64,000 bases of DNA. It comes from the human T2T-CHM13v2.0 reference genome, Homo sapiens. Position numbers and translations under genes: made by a program. The DNA lies in assembly GCF_009914755.1 (NCBI RefSeq), contig NC_060936.1; one strand, 5' to 3'. Below the pieces are notes generated by a model that had not been told where the DNA came from, did no database searches, and was given only the letters and a program-made list of their open reading frames with translations. This document shows, in pieces, positions 53,843 through 64,000 of this stretch (positions are counted from its first letter, which is position 1; every line of letters starts with the position of its first letter).

Positions 53843-54767
53843 TTTACACAACCATTTTCCAAAAGTGAGTCTTTGGAGACAGGGAGAAAAGTAGGAGGTA
53901 ATGGTGGTAGGGGTGTTCATGAGGATACTGGCCTGTGCCACTAAGGATAAAGGCTGGAAGTTTACTTTGGAGTAATCAAGGATGCAGGGTAAAACTCATC
54001 CCCTTCTACAACAAAGATTTTAATATTTACCAGGTATCGCCTGCCTGACCTGCAGCCAGCTGGTAGAAATAAAATGTCTCTTGTTTCCTCAAAGAGAGCT
54101 CATGCCAAACTAATATATTCCTGACTTGAAAAAGTTTCATTTGCTCCTACCTGGTCTTAACTTATATCTTTCAATTGTCAACTCTTGATTATGTCTCATA
54201 ATAGTTAATAAGAAGATGCATATAATAGTGAAAAGATAATCAACATTTTATTTGACTTGCAGATGTATTCACAACTCATACCCAGTCAGTAACACCAGCA
54301 CCCACCCCCAAACCCACCCCACCTGTTTCTGATTCTCCCTTGGCTCAGGGTCCCTCTCAGCACCTACGACACAGCTGCTGACAGGAGGAATGTGCCGGAA
54401 TGATGGAAGAGCTGGGTCACAGCAGATAATCCATTTATGGATAATAAAAAATGTGTGTCACACTTCGTTGACCATGCCAGTCCTGAGCTGCTATACATAC
54501 ATAAAAGATCCTTCACACCCAAGATGGATTTCAAAGCAAAATGAAAAACCCATATGATTTGGCCATGTTCCTACTCATGTTCCAGAATAAAAGGTAGACA
54601 TAATCTCTCTGACCAACGTATTTACTAATTATGTGTCCTGTGCCAGTCTCTGTATGAGATCCTGCAGGGGATACGGTAGGGGATACACAGATTCTGCTTT
54701 CCAGGAGCTTGTAATGAAACTGAGGAAAGAGAAATACACTTATTGAGAAAGACGTTATAACTTCCAG

Positions 54768-55192
54768 TGTATTAACTATGGTAGGCTAACTGCCGTAACA
54801 AATAGTCTGTGAAATGTATTATAATTCCAACACAATAGAATTTCATTTCTAGCTCGTGTAACCACATTGAGGTTGGCAGGGCAGCCTTTTCTAAGCAGTG
54901 ATTTGGGAACCCAAGCCAATGGAGACTCTGCCATCTTCAACAGGAGTCTTCCAAAGTCCCTAGGAGGTGTCTGCATTCCAACTAGCGAGAGACAAAAGGA
55001 GCGTAGTTGAGCTGTCAGGGGAGGGTTTTATGGGCTAAGCTTTGAAGTGACACCCATCACTTCTGCCCATATTATGTTGGCTACGGGTCCATCACATGGC
55101 CACACCTCACCATAAATGGGAAATAGAGTCCATCTGTATACCCAGAAAGGTGAACAAACACATTTTGTTAAGTACCCAACAGTTTCTGCCAT
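54768..55192 (-). mobile_element. old MLT1 (I/J-like) LTR
   Basis: taactgccgtaacaaa...gccatcttcaac...catcacttctgcccatatt...cacatggccacacc. Confidence 0.65.
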
Positions 55193-56334
55193 ACTGGGCA
55201 TGGTTGGGGAAGGTGTGTGAGGCTGGGGGACAGTTTTATTTATTTACACATGTGTTGTTTCATTGTTTCTCACTATCACAGTAACTTCTGAAGATCCTGC
55301 TATAGTTAGGATCCTGTTATCTGAACTCGTTGCTACTTTCTTGATTTTTCCTAGAGTTTTACTGAAGACTGGGCAGTACAGCCCATTCCAAGGATGAGCA
55401 TTATTGGGAGGCTATGAAAAAATTCAGCAAGAGAAGGGTAACAATCTTCAAATGATGCATCTTTAACCTCTTTGTGTTCTTCTTTTTAGTCAATACTTCA
55501 CTGCTTAGTGCCAATCCATGGAAATCACTTTCGTGCTGGCACTGCCCAGAGAGTGATAGATTTCATTCAGGTGCCTGGGCCAACAGAGGGTCCAGTAAGG
55601 CAGGACAGAAACTGCTTTACTCGGAGTGTTCATTCTGGGGTCTGATGGAATATTAATGCTGAGAGGAGGCTGAGAAACGTAGACTGTGGAGGAAAATGGG
55701 AGGAAACCTCTTCACACTGAGAAGGGGAGATGGTGAAACCAAGTCAGCTGGAAATGGAGAGGGGGCCTTTTGATGTTTTCCTGTTTTCTACAGGAAGGGA
55801 AATCAATAGATGCCTTTAAATGCTCCTCTGGGTGAAGAATGGATACTTATCTCATTTCTCCCTCTCACTACTCTTCCATCACTTTCCCAGACACCATGTT
55901 ACTAGTTTAGGGTCCTGGGAGGAGCAGAGGAAGATGGAAATGCCACACACATCTGGACTACAACCCCCTGCTGCTTTGCAATGAAGACAATTTTCTAATT
56001 GGAATCAACAGACACCCAGTGTCTGCAGTCCCTGTTGGAAATAGCAGACGTAAGTAGCAATCAAAAGGTAGAGTACAAGCACAGAAGGATTAGCATGTAT
56101 GTGAACCTGGGCTTTCTAACTTGGTGCCCTGAATCTAGCCATTTGCTTGTTTTAAGCAAGGCATTCTGTTTCATTTAGGCAGTTAGTGGCAGTGAAGAAA
56201 TGAGTGTGTATTGGAGTTTCCTCTACATTATGCTGAGAAAGGTATTTTATACCTCACAGATTTTATGATGGAGACCTAAGCTTAGGCAGAAGTTGCCTGT
56301 ATTCACATGTGTAATTAGAATATAAGTTCTTCTT

Positions 56335-57630
56335 TCGTTTATTCAGCAGGTATTATTTCGCAACAATCAGGAGTCAGGAATTTTCTAGGTGCTGAGGACA
56401 GTGATGATAAACTAGTCCCTGCCCTCCAGAACATTCTAGTGAGGGAGAAAGACAATAAACAAATATATAGCAAAATATCAGCTAGAGAGAGCTATTGAGA
56501 TAATTAAAGGTGGGAAAGAGGATGGTGTGTGATGGGAGTTAGACAGGATGTTCAGAAAAGTCTTCTAAAGAGGTGACATGTGAGCAGAGGCTTGAATAAA
56601 GTGAATGTCATGTGACTATCTGAAGAAAGAGGATTTCAGGCAGAAGACTCTGCAAGGGCAAAGATCTTTTGATGTGGCTTTGCTTGGAGTGTCTAAGGAA
56701 TAGCAAGTTGGCTAGTATAGCTGGAGAACCTTGGGGGAACCAAGGGAAGAGTGGCAGAAAATCAGTCTGGTGAGATAGGGAGGACACAGACCATGCTGGG
56801 CCTGCAGCCATAGTAAGGCTTTGGGTATTCTGTATGTGGTGGAAAGTCATGGCAGGGTTTTGAGCAAATAGCAGACACAAACTATTACATTTTGAAAGAA
56901 GCACTTTGGTTGCTACACAGGAATTGACTAAGGGGAGCAAGAGTGGATGCAAAAGACAAGGGAACAGGTGATGGGGACGTGACTGTGATGATGGCAATAG
57001 AGGGAGTGTGAAGTGGCCACTTTCTGGATATGTTTGACAGGTGGAGATAAGAGGATTTGCTAATGAATTTGATATTGGGTTGAGAGAAAGAGAGAAATCG
57101 AAGATAACTCTGAGGTTTTGGGCCCAAGCCACTGGGTGAATGGTGGTGACATTTACTGAGACAGATCCTGGGCAGAACAGTGATTAGGCTGTGGCCAATA
57201 CAGTTATTGATACCAGACAGCTTCAAATCAAAGCCCAGGTCTGCTAGTGATGAACTGTATGACCTCTGTATCTCTGTCTCTGAATCTCAGCTTCATCCTC
57301 TGTTAAATGGAGATATTAATAATACCTAAATCATAGGGTTGCTATGAAGATTAAACAAGTTAATACTTGTAAAGCACTTAGAGCAGCATCTAGAGTAAAG
57401 GAAACTCTCAATAAATATTGCCTAAAATGAGGAACATGGAGGGTGTGAAACAGACTCACAGAGAAAATCAAGAGTTTGTATTGGGACAAGGTAAGTTTGA
57501 GATTCCTATCATATATCTCAGTAGAAATATTAATGAGTAGGTGGGCATAAGAGTCTGGGCTTCAAAACTGATGATACAAATTTGAGAGACATTGACATTT
57601 AGAATATTTTGCAAGTTGAAAGACTGGATT
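56335..57630 (-). mobile_element. L2 element with a nested MIR (about 57185-57422, + strand)
   Basis: L2 antisense hallmarks (ggatttgctaatgaatttgatattggg, gataactctgaggttttgggccc); MIR core ctcagcttcatcctctgttaaatggagata. Confidence 0.8.
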
Positions 57631-60189
57631 TTATAATCTTGTACTCATTGGCCAAATTCAGGCAATAGATGAGAAATTATATGAGTTTTGAGAGCTAAAG
57701 AGAAAATAGGCAGAGTTGCAGGGTAGTATGCAAGAAGAGGAATTAATCTAGATGTAGGTAACTGATGTTTCAGTGGAAACCTGAAGGATGAACCTCCATT
57801 GGTTATTATGCTCACTGTTCCCCTTTGTATGTTTTTAATCATAACACTCATGGCCCATGTTGAGTAGGTTAAAAAATGTAAGTATAGAAAAGGACAGTGT
57901 GAAATTTAATTACACACCTGTGTACATTTCCTCAAGAAAAATATCAGTTGTCTTCTTAAGTGAGATATTCCATCACCAGTAAAGGTTTTGGCACCAACCA
58001 GTGAATGGAAATGTCACAATTTCCATACAGTTTGCACTTGCAGCAAAAAATAGTCCATGGAGTAGTCAGAATTTTCTCAAAATGATAACGATAATCACGA
58101 CACAGGGCCTTACCTAAGCTAACAAATTATTATCATTCATAACCTAATAGTAAGCAGGACCCTGATGAAAAGATTTACTAGTTTTCTTCTCTATTTAGGA
58201 CACTATACCCTTAGAATATAGAGAGAAACTGCATCTATTAAGAAACTTATTCAAATCATCCACCTACTATTTCAGCATTCTTCTCCCTTTACTGTCTACT
58301 TTGTGTACCATATAAATAAGGCCCAGGCTTTACTTATTTACTAACAATCAGTGAATTGTTTCACCAACTCAAACAGAGCTTGGTTAAGAGTCTAGGCCAA
58401 AATGCTGTTACTGACCTGCAAATAAGTGTTATGTGTCTGAGTGGCAAAGGGGATTTAAAAGAAACGAGATTAGATTTCTCACTCAAGTGGAAAGGAAGGT
58501 TTCTACTTTTCAGAAAAACCTGCTGTCATCTTTCTGCTGTCCCAGATGGTGAGAGTTATGTACTCCTTGACCTGAGCCAAAGACAACATAAGAGAAAACA
58601 AAGAGACAAACAAGGTCTGCTCAAAGAAACTGGGCAAAAGCTCATTTCCAATGGTTTAAGTACACAAGAGACAACTTCTCAGACAAGGGCACCTCCCTTG
58701 ACCCTGTTTTTCACACTATTGTTCACAAGGTTACTGAAAGAAAAGTCGTATAAGAGACTAGTCCCTACAATACCTGGAAATAACAATCATATAATTAAAG
58801 GATTTTGAGCTCAGTGATTTTTGTTTTTGCAAGAAGTAAACCAAAACCAAGACATGTCCATGTGAATGCATAAGTACATACTGAATGAATGTGAATGGAA
58901 ATGTCCATGCAAACAGAAGGGGGTTATTGGCAGAGGCAGCCCTTGAGCACTGACCATGGACTGTAGAAAGTATCACTAGGGAAAAGTCATGCTTTCCAAA
59001 GACAGGCAAGAGCTGGGCTTCAGTTTTCCATCTGGTACTCAAAACACAAGAAAGGATCTTTTTCACTTGCAAATTCAATGTACCTCTGGAGGTACATGAG
59101 TCCATCTCTGTTTGAACTCTCATTTCAAAATGGTTCTGTCCTCAAAATGTAAGTATTAGGACACAGATGTCAGCCCTTGACACTAAAAAACTGCTTGGAA
59201 AATAAGGTTGGCGGAAGCTTCCAAGAAGTCCTGTTACCCAGAGAACTGTGTATTCCTGGTGACCTCAGCATGGCAAATTCCATCCTACTCCATCTATGGA
59301 AATGGAAGGGTCTGAATTTTCTGGACATTACCCCATTTCTTACCCCAGTTACCTTACTCCTGGTTCCCTAATTATGACAACCCATGGTGAAGATGAGCCC
59401 CTCTCTGCACGTTTGTTGTACCTCAGAGGAAGGAAAAAGGAAATGAAAAATAGCATTTATGGAATGCTTCCTATCTCTCAAGCCCTGAGGAAGGCCTGCA
59501 TACACAGTGAGCTAAGTTAAGTTTTCTCCATTTCACTGAGGAGGGAGAAAAGTTGAGTTGCCCAAGGTCATTGGGCTAATGAGTTGCAGTGTCAAAACAC
59601 CAAATCCAATTGTCTCTACCAAAGCCATATTCTTTCCAGGCAAGGTAGTCTGGTTTAGATCATGCCCATTCTACTAAAGATCCCAGCAGAATTTCAGGAG
59701 CAATGCTCCTTGATTCATAGACTGTGGCAACCAGTCAGCAGCAGACCCTAGTGCCAGATAGCGCTTGGATGGGTCATAAAAATACAAAGATTCTGCAGTG
59801 GTAGAGGCAGTAAAAGCAGTCACAGTGTTCATAGACACTGAAGAGGTCAGTTCTAATGCCAGATAAATCCTGCAGTTTTCAGCAGTCCCTGTGTTAATAG
59901 CTTTTTCATACCCGAAGACCATTAATAGGTCACTTCTCAACGTTCAATGTCCCATCTCCTTTTACGTTCCCACACGTGTTCCACTTACTGGCCTTATAAT
60001 CATTCTCTTGATTTCCAATAGACATTCACAAGGTTCTTTTTATCTCCTGAAAATTCTGCAGTTCTCAACAGGACCCAGTACTCAAGGAAGATTGGAAAAG
60101 CATAATGTGCCCCAGAAGAGAGATGACCTGATCAGCACTCAGAATGCTCTTATCAGAAGCATACTGCATCCTCTGCTGGGGTTCCACAC

Positions 60190-60408
60190 TTCTTTTCTTT
60201 CATTTCACTGGAGCCTTTATTTCCTCTCTTTCTTACCTGTTTATCCTATTGTTGCTTCTTTTGTCTTTTCTTCTCTCCTTCCTCTACTCATTTTCTTTTT
60301 CATCTTTTTCTCTCTCCATCCCTTTCCCTTATTAAATTTCCCATGTTCTTTTCTTTCACTTCCTCCGCCTCTTACTCTTCACCTTCTCTTCTTCTTTTTA
60401 CACTTTTA
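60190..60408. repeat. CT-rich low-complexity tract
   Basis: Seen directly. Confidence 0.8.
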
Positions 60409-60486
60409 GAGGCAAATCAGTTGAGTTGAAAAAATAGAGATGTTGAAGTCACATAAACCTGGTTCAAATGCTAGTTTTTCCACTTA

Positions 60487-60777
<291 letters not shown>

Positions 60778-61539
60778 TTAAATGAGATAGCCTGTGTAGA
60801 TTCAGTTTAGGACTTTATCTGGAAGTAGGACGTTCATAAGTGATAGTCAAAACCCCTGCTTCCATACTGCCCCTTGCCCTGCTATTGTTAAGCCTATCTT
60901 GTCTCACACATTGATCTTGCCTTCTGTCTGTTATTCCCCATAGCTGTTGTCTCTGGTCCTGGCTCAGCATCCAATTCATTCCCCCTCTCTATTGTATAGT
61001 TTGTCTTTGACTGGATTCTCCTCATGTTCTATGCTCCTTTATTCCGAATCTGGCTTTAAGTAGAAATAACTAGACATTACAGAATGTTGCATGTTGACAA
61101 AACGTTCAAGCATCACAGTGATGGCTGATTCTAAAAAATGTAATAACAACACTATTAAATACTTTGAACCATTCTGAACTATCTATTATGAATGAGAAGC
61201 TTAGGGCCAAGGCATAGCCAAATTTCCCTGTACCTGCAGGAACCAAAATGTGTGATTGAGATGGAGCCTAGGTCGAGTAGGTAAGGACAGCACTCATTAC
61301 CTACCCAAGTAACCAGAAGATAATGAGGTTTAAAAAAAATTTGAAGTTTTTAAAAATTTGTGAGCAATAGTAACCATTAGTTGTTACACCAGGTTACTTA
61401 TTGGTGGACACAACTCTGTTGTGAGAAGAACCATTTAGGGTATAAACCTTCCATAAAAACTTCGGAACCATAGTTTTCCTTTCCAGAAAACATAGAACTC
61501 TGAATATAAGCTAAACCCTGCTACTTAATTGTATCATGC

Positions 61540-61942
<403 letters not shown>

Positions 61943-62372
61943 TGAGTTCTTGACTTCCTTTTGCCCTTGTCTTTATTGAACTTCATCCTGTTAGTTTCTG
62001 ATTACTTGTCCAATTTGTTGAGGTCATTTTCAATTCTAATTGCATCCCCCAAGACTTTAGCCTACACTTTAAATTCAGTCTCATCTATGAACTTAATGAG
62101 TATGCTGTTTCGGTAACAAAGTCATGGATGATCATCTTAACTAGAAATGAATCCAGGACTGAGCCCTGTGCAGCACCATTTTTAGTGTTTACTCATTAGA
62201 GGAAATGTATAGGCAGGTGCTTTAATGAAGTTCAGTTTAGAAAATATAGGCCTCCTTCTTCAGCATCTGGAATTACTTGGCTAGAATTTTTAACATTTTT
62301 GGCAATTCAAGGCTGTATTTCTATACAAGTGAAATTTAATTAATCAAAGTCATTCTCAAAATGTAACCTTAA

Positions 62373-62712
<340 letters not shown>

Positions 62713-63685
62713 AAATGTAACTTAAAAAAACCCCAACTCATTATTTTGATTATGAAAGTCAGTACCTATTTTCACCATTCTTCCCTGAGAATCACTTGTG
62801 GGCACACTCTGCCTTGCTGAAGGAGCACTAAGTAGGAGGCAAGGTGCTGGCTTCTAGTTCCATCTCTGCTATTCAGCGTATGATCTTGGGTGAGTCACCA
62901 AACCTTTCTCAGCCTAGACCTTATCTTCATCAAATGTGCCTTCCAGATCCAAGAAGCTATGACTCTCTCTTAAGGGCTAATTATTCTCAGTGGCTAATTA
63001 TTACATGTATACTTTGATTATAAGCATTCCCATGACACTTACATATAAGATTACAACTTCAAACACATTTAAGAAGTAAAAGTTAGACTAGCTTTGCATA
63101 TTGCCTAGAATTCATTTGCCAAAAATGCATGTTTATTTGCTTATGCATTCCTTCTCCGTGCGTGCTCAAATATTTGAATGCTGGTTATGTGTCAGATACT
63201 CTGATAACTGTTATTTTCTCATGAGGTCCCCATCTACCGATATGATATTTCAGAATTCTCACTTGAAAAATGAGGAAACTGAAGCCCAGACTGGTTTAGT
63301 GACTGCTCAGGGCCATGGAGCTGGCTTTGGCAGAGTTGGGGCTTGGCTTTGGGTTTTGGGACGTAGAGTTCTGAAATCTTTCCATTATGCTATGATTGCA
63401 TGGCTACCTAGCTTATTCTTCAAACTCAGTATATGCCACAAAAGAATACACCATCAATTATAGCAGCAACCAATTAAAGGCCTCACCACACAATAGAGAA
63501 CTGTCTCTTTTTCAATGATGAATGACCATCAACTTAGTCTGTGAAGACGAAAGTTATTCTAAAATTTCTTACACTGGAAATGTGTAAATAATTTTCTTTA
63601 GGAAATATATAAAGGCTATTTTCTAAAGGATACTTGAATCTGAGTCTGGAAAAGAATAATTTTGAAGAAGTCAAATTCTTAGTAC

Positions 63686-64000
63686 CAGGTGTACCTAGGA
63701 GATATTACAGGTTTGGTTCTAGACCACCACAATAAAGCAAGTATTATGATAAAAAAGTCACACAAATTTTTGTTTCCAAGTGCATATAAAAGTTATATTT
63801 ATACTATACTGTAGTCTGTTAAGTGTACAATAGCATTATGTCTAAAATCACAATTCATATACCTTAATTTAAAAATACTTCGTTGCTAGAAAATGCTAAG
63901 GATCATCTGAGCCTCCAGTGAGTTGTGATCTTTTTGCTGGAGGAGGATCTCGCCTCCACGTTGATGGCTGCTGACTGATCAGGGTAGTAGTTGCTGAAGA
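63686..64000 (-). mobile_element. Tigger1 DNA transposon end; continues beyond the window
   Basis: caggtgtacctaggagatattacaggtttggttctagaccaccacaataaagc...gtgcatataaaagttatatttatactatactgtagtc matches the Tigger1 terminus. Confidence 0.88.

Noticed and set aside
56608-57226. 174-aa and 113-aa ORFs
   Set aside because: They lie within an L2 relic and show no recognisable protein family.
58356-60409. 150-aa, 121-aa and 172-aa ORFs
   Set aside because: Non-ATG starts or low-complexity CT tracts; no homology recognised.

Overview
Primate (almost certainly human) genomic DNA lying entirely inside GRIN2B (NMDA receptor subunit GluN2B, chr12p13), transcribed on the minus strand. Five coding exons cluster at 29067-37122 (203+172+154+126+230 = 885 nt, about V376-K670 by my recollection of the reference numbering). 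They cover the S1 ligand-binding segment, M1, the M2 pore loop (NN) and M3 (SYTANLAAF), all with canonical AG/GT boundaries. The rest is two very long introns (>29 kb and >26.8 kb here) filled with Alu, L1, L2, MIR, CR1, LTR and DNA-transposon relics. Apart from these exons and L1 ORF2 fragments, the ORF track is noise. I cannot show a new biological system from sequence alone. The most unusual structure is 0.3-2.7 kb downstream of the pore exon: an ungapped 124-bp duplication (offset exactly 1200 bp, asymmetric CpG decay, RBFOX motif in both copies) fused to an inverted templated junction, a 340-bp pure A/T array and a fold-back hairpin, next to a degenerate CATG-rich minisatellite. Other leads are the phase-0/phase-0 885-nt exon block (a circRNA would have an endless ORF), a CAGATG E-box cluster with an RBFOX hairpin, and inverted L1 and Alu pairs. 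Repeat subfamily names come from remembered consensus sequences and need RepeatMasker/Dfam confirmation.
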